Of a DNA stretch of 64,000 nucleotides, positions 39,930 to 50,309 are shown one piece after another. The stretch lies in NCBI GenBank assembly GCA_963782525.1, contig CAWAKC010000007.1, forward strand, positions 96,001 through 160,000, read 5' to 3'. This DNA comes from Candidatus Bathyarchaeota archaeon (lineage in GTDB: Archaea; Thermoproteota; Bathyarchaeia; Bathyarchaeales; Bathycorpusculaceae). Both the position numbers and the translations under genes were made by a program. Below the pieces are notes generated by a model. It saw nothing but the letters and a program-made list of their open reading frames with translations. It did not search any database and was not told where the DNA came from. How positions within the stretch are numbered: position 1 is the stretch's first letter; each line of letters begins with the position of its first letter.

Positions 39930-41398
39930 ATTTGCGCTGGTTTATTGCGTGCCCTAAGCTTCACCATGTTGGTGAACGCCCACCTCAGCGATTTTGATCG
40001 CCATATACGGTCGTTTAATGCGGTTCGTCCCATGTTTTTGCTGTAGAATGTTCCTTTTAAGTATTGCCGGGCAACATAGCGCCAAGAGTAGAAGTGGTCA
40101 TAGAATTCACGTCTGCTCTTGATTAAATCTACATCTTGGAGCAGAGGGTTTTCAAAAACAGGTTGCTGTAAATCGTATTTGCTCCAGTCGTCTGAGACCT
40201 CCCAGCCTAACTCTTGAAGGTAACTGCTAAGATGTGTACCCGGATACGGCGTTGCCATGCACAGGTAAACGTAGTCAGGGTCGGCTCTATGAATAAAATC
40301 GTAAGTTTGCTTAAGCGATTCTTTTGTTTCGCCTGGAAAACCAATGATTACTGACATAGCAACTGACAACCCCGCTTTTTTAGCCATCTTCACTGCTTTC
40401 TCATTCATTTCGACGGTGGTTTTTTTGTGGACTGAATCGAGGATTTTTTGGCAGCCGGATTCAGCGCCGAAACTTAGCAGTTGACAGTCTGCCGCTTTCA
40501 TAGCGTTGAGAACTTCCGGGGAGATGCGGTCGACTCTGGTTTGGGCATCCCAGGGGACATTGATTTTTCTTTTTCGCATTTCCTGACATATCTTGATTGC
40601 CCGCTCTTTATCGTAAGTGAATGCATCATCAAAGAAGCTGAACGCTCCAGCCCCAGCATCATGGTTGCTCTTTAACCATTCAAGTTCATCAACCACTTTC
40701 ATCGGGTCTCTGGCGCGAAACTCTTTTCCAGCCATCCGTGACGAGACACAGTAAGAACATTGGAATGGGCAGCCTCTGCTGGTTAAGATGGGCAGGATGG
40801 TTCTGCCGAAAAACCGGTATTGTTTAAGCGAAAAATACTGGTAGGCGGGGTATGGCAGTTCGTCGAGGTTTTCGATGAAGGGGCGTTCGGGTGTGCGGAT
40901 GACTTCGCCGTTTTTTCGGAAAGAAATTCCTAGAACGTTCGTGAGGTCGCCGTTACCGAATAATTTTGAAAGCAGTTCAGCCAGGGTGATTTCGCCTTCG
41001 CCTCGAACCACTATATCCACCGATGCCTCCTCGCTCAAAACATCCGTATCAAGGAAGGTTGCATGGGGACCACCCAAGATTACAACACAATTGGGCGCGT
41101 TTTGTTTAGCTACCTTTGCTGTTAGATAAGTGGATTTAATCGTGGGAGTAACGGAAGTGATGCCTACTACATCGGGTTGGTATGCGGCGAATTCTTTGCC
41201 GAGACTTTCGTGACTTAAGCCCAGGGCAAGGCAATCGAATACTTTGAGTTCATGCCCGTTTTTTTCGATAACAGCAGACAAATATGCCAGGCCAATGGGC
41301 AAATTGGGACACCAGAGCTTGCGTATGTCAAACGCAGGGGGAATAACCAGGGCTACCTTAAGTTTTCTGCTTGACTTAAAAACGGCAAGGTCACTCAA
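39926..41398 (-). CDS. Cobalamin-binding radical SAM protein (class B)
   Basis: LVIPP, PIGLAYL, GGPHAT, TSRGCPFQCSYC, FFDDAFT, FGAESG and ATPYPGT motifs. Confidence 0.93.
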   Translation of the reverse strand: MSDLAVFKSSRKLKVALVIPPAFDIRKLWCPNLPIGLAYLSAVIEKNGHELKVFDCLALGLSHESLGKEFAAYQPDVVGITSVTPTIKSTYLTAKVAKQNAPNCVVILGGPHATFLDTDVLSEEASVDIVVRGEGEITLAELLSKLFGNGDLTNVLGISFRKNGEVIRTPERPFIENLDELPYPAYQYFSLKQYRFFGRTILPILTSRGCPFQCSYCVSSRMAGKEFRARDPMKVVDELEWLKSNHDAGAGAFSFFDDAFTYDKERAIKICQEMRKRKINVPWDAQTRVDRISPEVLNAMKAADCQLLSFGAESGCQKILDSVHKKTTVEMNEKAVKMAKKAGLSVAMSVIIGFPGETKESLKQTYDFIHRADPDYVYLCMATPYPGTHLSSYLQELGWEVSDDWSKYDLQQPVFENPLLQDVDLIKSRREFYDHFYSWRYVARQYLKGTFYSKNMGRTALNDRIWRSKSLRWAFTNMVKLRARNKPAQI

Positions 41399-41402
41399 CA
41401 GT

Positions 41403-42779
41403 CTACAGCATCCTACTTACGCTTTTTAGGAAAGCAAGGAAACCATCGCGTCTTATTCTGCGAAGAAGCGTCTTTGGCGCTGTGTTGAAGCCTCGTTGAT
41501 ATCGTTTTTGGAGTGCAACGACTGATTCATAGTTGAATTCGTCAGTTTTAACGAAAGCCAAAAAATCTTCCATACGGTCATACTCATGCTTCTCCAAGAC
41601 TTCTTCGTAGAGGACGCTGTGTGGGCAAGCTATGAACACGTAGAAGGTTGCCCAGTCTGGACCGAGCTTCTTAGCAAACTTGAAGGTAGTTTCCATATCC
41701 GCAACTGTTTCGCCCGGGACACCAAGCATGAACGACGCTGCGATGTTTATGCCTGCTTTTCTGCATAGTTTAAACGCCGCCTCAATCTTTTCCGGGGTTG
41801 TGTGAGTGTTTAGTTTATCCAAAATGCGTTGGGAACCTGATTGTATGCCGAAGAATATGGTGCTGCAGCCTGCCGCTCGCATTTCGTTAAGCACATCAGC
41901 AGAAAGCAAGTCAACACGGGTGTCGCATGCCCACTCAAGGCCTAAATTGTTCGATCTCATCTGATGACATAACTCGATGGTGCTTTCCTTATTGATCGTA
42001 AAGTTATCATCTATGAAATAGATGCCCTTGGAACCAAACTTCTCCTTCATGTACTTGAGTTCGCCGATAACCCGTTCAGGACTGAAAGCACGACACTTCA
42101 TACCCCAAAGCTTCTTGGTTTCACAGTAGTTACAACTGTAAGGGCAGCCACGCATCACATGCATGACATCTACTGGTTTGGCTTTTAGGTAACCGATTTG
42201 TCGGTCATAGAAGTTCATGTCCAAGAGGTGACGTGCTGGGTAAGGAATTGTATCTATGTCTTCGATTAGTATGGGGGGAGTTTTGGAAATTTTTCCGTCT
42301 AATCTGCAAGCAACACCAGGAATTTTCGCTATGGTCTGTTGGTCGGCGCCTTTGGTAATTTGGGTGGCCAATTCCACCATCGCTCGCTCGCCCTCGCCCA
42401 TTATGGCATAATCTATCTCGGGGTTCTCAAGCGCTGAATCAGGCAAATAGGATGCATGCCATCCGCCGACTACCACTTTGCATGATGGGAGGACCTCTTT
42501 TGTGGCTTTAGCCATTTCAACAGCTCGGCGGTAAGTAACTGAACCGCAGGTTATGCCCACGATGTCGGGCTTGCGTTTCTGAACTTCCTGCTTGACAAAA
42601 TCAATCGTTGTCCGCATCTGATAGTTGTCGAGCATCTGCACCTCAAAACCCGCTTTCTCGAGTGCGCCAGCAACGTACGATAATCCTAACGGGGGCAGCT
42701 TGGCTGGGATACCCCAAGGCGAATTTTCAGGTGGTATGGTGGTCATTAACAGAATCAATGCAAATTTGCCCTCAGTCAT
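41403..42779 (-). CDS. Cobalamin-binding radical SAM protein (class B), 'LLMTT' subtype
   Basis: LLMTT..SPWG..KLPPLGL, GGWHAS, RGCPYSCNYC and FIDDNFT. Close paralog of 19981-21360. Confidence 0.92.
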   Translation of the reverse strand: MTEGKFALILLMTTIPPENSPWGIPAKLPPLGLSYVAGALEKAGFEVQMLDNYQMRTTIDFVKQEVQKRKPDIVGITCGSVTYRRAVEMAKATKEVLPSCKVVVGGWHASYLPDSALENPEIDYAIMGEGERAMVELATQITKGADQQTIAKIPGVACRLDGKISKTPPILIEDIDTIPYPARHLLDMNFYDRQIGYLKAKPVDVMHVMRGCPYSCNYCETKKLWGMKCRAFSPERVIGELKYMKEKFGSKGIYFIDDNFTINKESTIELCHQMRSNNLGLEWACDTRVDLLSADVLNEMRAAGCSTIFFGIQSGSQRILDKLNTHTTPEKIEAAFKLCRKAGINIAASFMLGVPGETVADMETTFKFAKKLGPDWATFYVFIACPHSVLYEEVLEKHEYDRMEDFLAFVKTDEFNYESVVALQKRYQRGFNTAPKTLLRRIRRDGFLAFLKSVSRML

Positions 42780-42991
42780 GTAGCTTGTACCAAATAGCAT
42801 AACTTTGTTTAATAATAAACTTAACTGTAAAGCCGCTTCAAAAGAATTTGAGTGTTTTTTTGCAGAATAAGCTCAGGGATAAATCGTTTAACATGTTATT
42901 AACTCTGGAAATCGCCAATAGGACCAACCTACCTTCTAAGGTTTCAACCGCATAGGTTGGTTATTGGATCCAAATAACCGAAAATCAGATG

Positions 42992-44111
42992 TTACATTCT
43001 TCTTTTGATAGCCAAAACCGCTCCAACTATTATGACTGTCACCGCTACAATCACTATAACGTATAGTGTTTCTTGGGGGACTTCTGGTTTATCGGGAAGA
43101 AGAGATGTAGCGTTAGGGGAATCAGAAATTACTGAGACCACGTTTGTTTCAGAATGTATAACAAAAACCTCGTCCCTGCCAGCATCGTAAGCTAAGTTTA
43201 AAGGCTGGATTTGCAGGGCAACCGTATCAATCACAGAATTATTGCTGTCGGAAATAACGGAGACGGAACTAAGAGTTATAGTTGGCAACAAAGATTTCTC
43301 TTTTATCTGCGGCATAATCTAAGCCAATCGGGTTCTTTCCCACGGGTATTGTTGCAACGACGGTTTTTTGGCTATCAGATATTACTGAAACAGAACTGGA
43401 ATTGTGGTTGGCTACAAAAATTTCGTTTTTAGCTGAATCGTAGGTTAAGCTTGCAGGCTGGCTACCAACTGTCACGTTTGCAACAACCGTGTTGGTGCTG
43501 TCCGATATCACCAAAACCTCATTGTCCAATGCATGACCCACGTAAATCTCTCCTGTCGCATTATCGTAAGCCAAAGCGCAAGGCTGATTTCCAACTGGTA
43601 TGGTTGCAACAATAGAATAATTGCTATCGGATATCACTGAAACCGAACTAGAATTAAAATTGGCAATAAACACCTCGTCTTTAGCGGAATCGTAGGCTAA
43701 GGCGGAAGGCTGGCGGCCCACGGCTATACTTGCGACCACAGTGTTGGTGCTGTCAGATATCACCGAGACAGAATTGTCGCCGTAGTTGGCAACATAGAGT
43801 TCGCCTTTCCCAGAATTATAAACTATACCATAGGGCAAGGTTCCCACAGATATGTTAGCAACTGCGACATGGGAACTATCGGAAATCACCGTTACCGAAT
43901 TAAAATCCACATTAGTGATGAACATCTCGCTCTTGCCATAATCATAAGCGATGCCGTAATGTCCACCATATTCTGTTCCTGAGGTTATGTATTCTGTTAC
44001 CCCTATAGCGCTGACCAGATTGATTGTTTGTAAAGCAATTATCACAATGAATATCACGCCTACAATCTTCCAAGCTTTAACTATCATAGACATGCCCAAC
44101 TTCTGTGCCAT
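42992..44111 (-). pseudogene. YncE/YVTN-type beta-propeller surface protein split by a 1-nt insertion
   Basis: Repeats (P..LAYD....EIFVAN..S.SVSVISDS.N.VVA.I.VG) continue across ORFs 43269-44111 and 42992-43315. Extra base at about 43271 (TCT-T-AGT versus TCT-AGT in a sister repeat). Confidence 0.8.
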
Positions 44112-44305
44112 GATGCTTTACCGTCTTTTTTCACTTGTGCTATTGGCATCGTTCAAAGTAAATACTTTAACGGTTCAAATGACAAAAGCGCAAAATTAAA
44201 TTGAGGCTGCAGAACCTGAAATTATCATTCTTACTTGATAACCCTGAGTAACTGGGATATGCTTATTTAATTCTGGTTTTTTAGTATAGGAAAGGTCATT
44301 TGCGT

Positions 44306-45742
44306 ATGCCTATTGCTGAAACTCGCCGATTGAAGGTTGCATTGATTAGTCCTCCGCCTGCTTCACAATGGGCTTTTGTTGATTATCAATACCCGCTTAT
44401 TGGGTTGGCTTATTTGGCGGCCGTTTTGGAAAAAGATGGGCATGCTGTTATGGTGATCGATTGTCCGCCGCAGCACCTGACTTATGGGCATATTGACCAT
44501 GAGTTAAGCCGTTTTCAGCCTGACATGGTCGGCATCACCTCCGTAACTGCCACCTTCAACTCAGCACTAAAAGTAGCACAAAACACAAAGCAGACATGCC
44601 CCAAAGCTCTGGTGGTTTTGGGTGGACCACACGTTACAATCGCCGACGACCAGTTCCTCCTGCAACACCCAGAAGTAGATGTGGTCGTGAAGGGGGAAGG
44701 CGAACAAACCCTCATCGAACTCGCTCGTTACGTGATTGGTACAAGGAGCCTAAATGATGTTGCTGGCATAGCTTTCAACAGCAAAGGACAAGTGATCCAC
44801 ACAGCCAACCGAGCTTGTATCCAAAACCTCGACGACCTACCCTACCCAGCTTATCACTATTTCCCATTAATCAAGTACCGTATCTTCAAAAAAATCGGCG
44901 TCCCCATCCTAACCAGCCGAGGATGCAGTTCTGGCTGCAGTTTCTGTTTGGTTCCTCAGATCGCTGGGAACAATTTTAGGGCAAGAAGCCCAGCAAGCGT
45001 CTTAAACGAATTGCAAGCGGTAAAAGAGAGATACCATGTCGACTTTGTTACCTTCAACGATGAAATATTCACCTACGACAAACAGCGGGTTTTGGATATT
45101 TGCTCGGGAATAAAGCAGCGCAAAATTAAGGTGCCTTGGGACTGCCAAACTCGAGTTGACCTTATATCAAAAGAACTGCTAAACGCTATGAAAGAAGCAA
45201 ATTGCCAATCCATTAACTTCGGCGTAGAATCAGCTAACCAAGGAATTCTAAACGCTATTGGAAAGGGCACGACGGTGCATCAGAACGCAGCTGCTATTCG
45301 GTTGGCTAAAGAAGCAGGATTATCGGTCACAGTCTCTTTGGTCCTTGGTTACCCAGGCGAAACGGACCAAACCATCCATCAAACCATCGACTTCATCAAA
45401 AGAACCGAACCCGACGACCTCTACCTTTTCCTGGCAACACCCTTCCCCAGCACCCAACTGCGTGATGCTGTTAGCGATTTAGGGTGGAAAATGTCGCAGG
45501 ACTGGAATAGCTATGAGATGCAGACAGCTAGTTTCGAAAACCAAGGTATTCCCTTTGACCGAATAAATAAGATGCGTGAAGTTTTCTATAATCAGTTGTA
45601 TTCGCCTACCTACATTTTGAAGCAGTCTGTGAAAGGAACCATTTACAGCAAAATTATGGTTGAGAATGCGTTGCATCAGCTTCTTTGGCGAATGAAGTTG
45701 ACTTGGCTTTCTTCGAACTTTAAGAGAATCGTGCGTTTATAG
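44306..45742 (+). CDS. Cobalamin-binding radical SAM protein (class B)
   Basis: LISPP, PLIGLAYL, GGPHVT, TSRGCSSGCSFC, FNDEIFT and FGVESA motifs. Closest to 39926-41398. Confidence 0.92.
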   Translation: MPIAETRRLKVALISPPPASQWAFVDYQYPLIGLAYLAAVLEKDGHAVMVIDCPPQHLTYGHIDHELSRFQPDMVGITSVTATFNSALKVAQNTKQTCPKALVVLGGPHVTIADDQFLLQHPEVDVVVKGEGEQTLIELARYVIGTRSLNDVAGIAFNSKGQVIHTANRACIQNLDDLPYPAYHYFPLIKYRIFKKIGVPILTSRGCSSGCSFCLVPQIAGNNFRARSPASVLNELQAVKERYHVDFVTFNDEIFTYDKQRVLDICSGIKQRKIKVPWDCQTRVDLISKELLNAMKEANCQSINFGVESANQGILNAIGKGTTVHQNAAAIRLAKEAGLSVTVSLVLGYPGETDQTIHQTIDFIKRTEPDDLYLFLATPFPSTQLRDAVSDLGWKMSQDWNSYEMQTASFENQGIPFDRINKMREVFYNQLYSPTYILKQSVKGTIYSKIMVENALHQLLWRMKLTWLSSNFKRIVRL

Positions 45743-45781
45743 ATTCAATTTTTTTTTGAAAACTTGCTTTCTTTGAGATTT

Positions 45782-45919
45782 AAACAAAAAAAGAAAAAGG
45801 GTTGTTGTTTTAGTTTTGATGGTTGTGGCTTATTTCTTTCTGAGCATCAATAGAGCCAAAACAATGGCCACTATGATGATGAGAACGAACAAACCTGCAA
45901 TCGCTGGAACAAAGTATTG
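45782..45919. repeat. 138-bp near-identical direct repeat, copy 1 (anchor-coding 3' end + terminator of paralog 3)
   Basis: Matches 50172-50309 at all but 2 adjacent positions (ga vs ag). Confidence 0.92.
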
Positions 45920-48694
45920 ATCTGCAACTGATGAGACTGGTGTTGCTGTTGGTGCGGGTGTTGCTGCTGCTGCGCCGATTGAGAAGCTTGACTCAGCCGT
46001 TGATGGCCAGTATGCGTGTGACCCTGCGAATGATGCTAGGACTGTGTACATACCTGGGCCTGCTGCGGTCATGGCTGGTGTAACTTCGAATGCGTAGTAT
46101 CCGTTTGCGTCGCTGTGGGTTGTGCCGACTGGGTTGCTGTTTCCGTTGGGGTCAATGATCGTTATTGATACATCGACACCTGCAACGTTGGTTGGCTTTG
46201 GATTCTGGTAGTAGACATATTCCATCCAGGAAGTTTGATCGTTGTCATTAACTGCTGCGACCCCATTGGGGAATCTTGCAGCTACGGTTGTTTGCTTTGT
46301 GCCTGCGGAAATGTCCATAACTGTACCTTGTACGGTTAAGCCGTTTCCTTGGATAACACCGCCTAAGGGTGTTTGGCAAGTTGTTTGTGTTGGACCCATA
46401 CCGAATGCGTAGATTTGGTTGTCGAATTCGTTGAGAGATACGAGGTATCCATCAGCTACTGCTAAGGTTCCGCCTTTGAAGAAGGTGATGTTCCAGATTT
46501 GTTGTCCTGTTAATGCGTCGATGTCTTGTAGGTATTCGGCTGCTTCAAGGTTTGGTCCGGGGCTGTGTTCTGCGCTGCTTGTGTAGACGTTGTTTGCTGA
46601 GAAGGCGCTGATTGATGCTGGTGCATATGCCCAGTAACCGTCATAGCCCATTTCAGCTGATTGGTAAGTGAACAGTAAGTTTCCAGTGGTTGCGTTGTAT
46701 GCGTATACCAGTCCGCCTGTGCCGCTTGCGTCACCGCTGTAGAGAACACCATTGTAGATTCCGCCGCTGACACCGTAGACGTGGTTAACAGTTTCTGGTT
46801 GACCAGTCCAAAGGAGTGCGCCAGTGGTTGTACTGTATGCTTTCCAGGCAGCTGTTTCTTTTTGGAGCATTGCAAACACGCCGTTGCCTAAGTTGTTTTG
46901 GTTGAACAGCATGGTGTAGTTGTCTGTGCGTGGACCTGAGACTGACCACAATACTTTGCCGATGGTATCTGGGGCAATGCTGATTGCGTATTGGACATAG
47001 GAAGTGGGTGATGGATAAGATGCTGTGCCGAGAATTGCTGGCAGTGTGCTGAATATTAGTTCTTGGTCGTTTTGGTCAACAGCGAAGAGTAATGCGCTGC
47101 CGGTACTGCTTGAAGTTGTGGGTATACCGCCTTGTGGACCTGCGGTAATGTTATAAACGGTTGTTCCTGACAGGGCAGCGTCTATTTGCGCGCCAAGTGC
47201 TGGTCTGTAGAACCAGTAGCTGTTTGAGGAAGATCCATAGACAACTGTATTATTTCTTAAGGATGGATAGGTTTCATAAACGTTTGTGATTGCTGCAGTG
47301 CTGTTCCATACGGATAGTGTATTAGCGGCATTGTCAACAGTGTAGATTATAATGTTGCCGTTTTGGTCAGTAGTCATGCTTGGAGAAGCAAAGCGCTGTG
47401 CTGAGTTTGGTACGTTCCAAAGGTTAGTTATCCAGTTGCCAGTCATTGGGTCGAATGCTGACCAGACGTTAGATCCATTGTAAGCTGTCCAAACTGCCCA
47501 GAGAGTATCGATGGTTCCGTGTTGGTTTGGTGATTCAAAGTCCATTTCTTGTCCAAAGCTTAGTTGCGGATAGCTGTTCTTGTTGAAGTTTGAGACGCCT
47601 ACACCATTTGGATTAGGACTGTTTGTTCCGGCCCATGCGTTTGTACCGTTCTGGTACCAAACTGTCTGTCCAGTGTGTAAGTCAACATCGACAAAGCCGT
47701 ATTCTGGTGGGTTAGGTGTGTTGTAGTAGAGTTGTCCGTTCATGATAATACAGTTTGAGAACATTGTTTCGTATGATTGATAACCATAGTAGTTGTCTCC
47801 GCCAGTGTTAAGTTGCTGTGGGTTACCTGCAACTCCGCCAAAGTTTATTGGTTTAGACCAGGCAATGTGGGCAGTTGTTGGTGGAGTTGTATAGTCGTTG
47901 ATGCTTCCGCCTATGTTGTTCTCTGGAATTTGAGTGCCTTGATAGTTCGGTGCGATTGATTGACCTAGCCAGTCGCCAGTGACATAAGACCATGTTGCAT
48001 GGCCTGCTTGACTGACGGGTTCGCTCCAGTATTCGGTCGGCATTGGGTAGACTATTTCGGTTGGAATTGGGGTTGATTGTACGTTGACTGAGACTGATCC
48101 TGACATGCTGTCGAGGTAGTATTTGTGCCAGTTTGCGCCTGCAATAACATATTCTTCGCCAACATAAAGTGATACGCCGTTAGCTGTTGCATAGTCTTGG
48201 GCCTTAGCAAGGTTAGCTGGGCTTAGGTTTGCAATTGCTTGGGGATCGATTCCGTTCGGTGTTTCGTCGATGAGTTTTGCAGGTGTGAATCCTTGGAATG
48301 AGTAGTTGCCTTCCATGGTTGGTGTGAATGTCAAGAATATTGTGCCGACTGGGTCAGATGTTACTGGTCCGAGTGTTGAGTTTGTGCCGTCTGGTGCTGT
48401 TACGGTTACGTACATTCCTGTCCATCGGTCACCGTAGGCTCCGCTTCCGGTAGGTGGCAGGTTTGCAGTCCATAGGAAAACGCTGATTTGCTGGCCGACA
48501 CCGACTGTTGGTGGAAATGCGTTAATGTATGACCACTGTGGAATGATCAATGATGGTGTGACCGCTTGTGCGTTAGTTCGCGGTACTGCTACTGCGAATG
48601 CGCTAACTGCCATCAATAGAATCATTACTATTGCGCCTATAGTTGCTTTGTTTCGTAGGAGTTCCATTTTGTTTGTTGCTAAAATATTTGACAT
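45830..48694 (-). CDS. Large secreted, anchored PQQ-like beta-propeller surface protein (paralog 3, 954 aa)
   Basis: Signal peptide, TSDPVG, YYGYQSYE, FESPNQHG, EHSP, WMEY and ADQYFVP-TM-RKK. Confidence 0.88.
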   Translation of the reverse strand: MSNILATNKMELLRNKATIGAIVMILLMAVSAFAVAVPRTNAQAVTPSLIIPQWSYINAFPPTVGVGQQISVFLWTANLPPTGSGAYGDRWTGMYVTVTAPDGTNSTLGPVTSDPVGTIFLTFTPTMEGNYSFQGFTPAKLIDETPNGIDPQAIANLSPANLAKAQDYATANGVSLYVGEEYVIAGANWHKYYLDSMSGSVSVNVQSTPIPTEIVYPMPTEYWSEPVSQAGHATWSYVTGDWLGQSIAPNYQGTQIPENNIGGSINDYTTPPTTAHIAWSKPINFGGVAGNPQQLNTGGDNYYGYQSYETMFSNCIIMNGQLYYNTPNPPEYGFVDVDLHTGQTVWYQNGTNAWAGTNSPNPNGVGVSNFNKNSYPQLSFGQEMDFESPNQHGTIDTLWAVWTAYNGSNVWSAFDPMTGNWITNLWNVPNSAQRFASPSMTTDQNGNIIIYTVDNAANTLSVWNSTAAITNVYETYPSLRNNTVVYGSSSNSYWFYRPALGAQIDAALSGTTVYNITAGPQGGIPTTSSSTGSALLFAVDQNDQELIFSTLPAILGTASYPSPTSYVQYAISIAPDTIGKVLWSVSGPRTDNYTMLFNQNNLGNGVFAMLQKETAAWKAYSTTTGALLWTGQPETVNHVYGVSGGIYNGVLYSGDASGTGGLVYAYNATTGNLLFTYQSAEMGYDGYWAYAPASISAFSANNVYTSSAEHSPGPNLEAAEYLQDIDALTGQQIWNITFFKGGTLAVADGYLVSLNEFDNQIYAFGMGPTQTTCQTPLGGVIQGNGLTVQGTVMDISAGTKQTTVAARFPNGVAAVNDNDQTSWMEYVYYQNPKPTNVAGVDVSITIIDPNGNSNPVGTTHSDANGYYAFEVTPAMTAAGPGMYTVLASFAGSHAYWPSTAESSFSIGAAAATPAPTATPVSSVADQYFVPAIAGLFVLIIIVAIVLALLMLRKK

Positions 48695-49002
48695 TTTTTC
48701 TTTTCTCCTAAAATTTTATACATATTTTTGATATGCATATCCATATGTCTGGGTTTCTGGGCTTAAAAACCCTTTGTTAGTGCTTGGATTGCTCTGTGAG
48801 CCAAGCGATAAACAAAATGGGAAATTCTATATGAAAACTATGTCATAAAAGACAAAAAAATAATAAATCATAGCAGCAGAAGAGATGATTCTGCAGTTAT
48901 GTTGGAAAACGCAGTGGTTTTGAATACCGCAAAATCTTTTTTAGTGTGAAAAATATAGGGTAGAGCAAGATGGAAATCTGGTAGGCAATTGGAGGTTTTG
49001 GT

Positions 49003-50079
49003 TTGGAAGAGAAAAAAGGTCCTTTACTTATGACTTCTTGGAGGGCAACAGGTGCCTGTAATGCACGTTGCGCCTACTGTAATGTTGACGCTAAATGCGA
49101 ACATGCAGACAGAGAATTAACTACAAAAGAAGCCTTTGCCTTGGTTGATGAAGTTCACAGTTTCGGCGTCAGATGGTTTGGTATAAAGGGTGGGGAACCC
49201 TTGATGCGAAAAGACATCTTTGAGATAGTTAAGTACGCTAAGAGCAAAGGCCTCAACGTTTGCCTATTAACGAACGGATGCTTTGTTGACGGAGAAATCT
49301 ACGATAATTTGGTAAAAAACCAGGTTTGGACGTCTGTTAGCATCGATGGACCAGAAGAAATAAACGATCAACTTCGTGGAAAAGGGTCATACAAAAAGGC
49401 ATTGGCAGCAATCGAAAAATTGTCTAAGGGCAAAATTCTCAACGGCTTAGCCTGTGCCATAACAACCATAAATTACAAGTATCTTGACCATGTGGCAGAG
49501 CTAGCTGACAAATACCACGCCAACTTTGTCTGGTACAATCATTTGGTTCCAAGTGGAAGGGCAAAATCGATGATGGATTTAACTCCGTCGCCGGAACAGT
49601 ACGAGTGGACTTTAAATCACATTTGGGATTTAACGCAAAAATACGAGGGCAAATTCGAGATTCACGTCCACTGCCCACATTATGCACGGGTGGTTAAACA
49701 AAGAAACATACCAAACTTTGACGAGTGGTATGAACACAAATTCCATGGAAAATGCACATACTTCGCATTCGGCGGATATCTAAGCGTAACTGAAAACGGA
49801 AACTTGATACCTTGCTTCTATACTGATCTTCGACCTTCTGAACCAATGATGTTAGGAAATATACGAGACAAAGCACTCACCAAAGCATGGAAAGAAGTTC
49901 AAGAATCAAAATATTACAATAGCTTCAAAGACAGAAACGTCCTGAAGGGGAAATGCGGAGTCTGCGAATACAGGGAACTATGCGGCGGCTGCAGAAATAG
50001 AGCATACACGCTAACAGGAGACATCTACGAGTCTGATGCTGCCTGTGCCTATGTGCCTGAGAGCTTGCGCAAAAAATAG
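49003..50079 (+). CDS. Radical SAM/SPASM protein (NirJ/AhbD/PqqE-like)
   Basis: CNARCAYC and GGEPL. SPASM KC...YLSV..NG..IPC...GNI...KGKCGVCEYRELCGGCR.RAY...D.AC. GGAGG Shine-Dalgarno upstream of the TTG. Confidence 0.9.
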   Translation: MEEKKGPLLMTSWRATGACNARCAYCNVDAKCEHADRELTTKEAFALVDEVHSFGVRWFGIKGGEPLMRKDIFEIVKYAKSKGLNVCLLTNGCFVDGEIYDNLVKNQVWTSVSIDGPEEINDQLRGKGSYKKALAAIEKLSKGKILNGLACAITTINYKYLDHVAELADKYHANFVWYNHLVPSGRAKSMMDLTPSPEQYEWTLNHIWDLTQKYEGKFEIHVHCPHYARVVKQRNIPNFDEWYEHKFHGKCTYFAFGGYLSVTENGNLIPCFYTDLRPSEPMMLGNIRDKALTKAWKEVQESKYYNSFKDRNVLKGKCGVCEYRELCGGCRNRAYTLTGDIYESDAACAYVPESLRKK

Positions 50080-50171
50080 AACCGAATTCTTTCTTTTTTA
50101 TCTGTTTTTTTTGGCTAAATTTTAATATATCTAAAAAGCCGTCTCTGAGCTTTATTTTCTTTGAGAAGATG

Positions 50172-50309
50172 AAACAAAAAAAGAAAAAGGGTTGTTGTTT
50201 TAGTTTTAGTGGTTGTGGCTTATTTCTTTCTGAGCATCAATAGAGCCAAAACAATGGCCACTATGATGATGAGAACGAACAAACCTGCAATCGCTGGAAC
50301 AAAGTATTG
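50172..50309. repeat. 138-bp near-identical direct repeat, copy 2 (3' end + terminator of paralog 4)
   Basis: Matches 45782-45919, offset 4390 bp. Confidence 0.92.

Noticed and set aside
43269-43271. Pyrrolysine readthrough of the TAG in the YncE-like gene
   Set aside because: The repeat continues in a different frame, so it is an indel rather than an in-frame amber codon.
45782-50309. Diversity-generating retroelement TR/VR pair or IS target duplication
   Set aside because: No reverse transcriptase or transposase in the window, both copies lie in coding 3' ends, and there are only two adjacent mismatches in the non-coding part.
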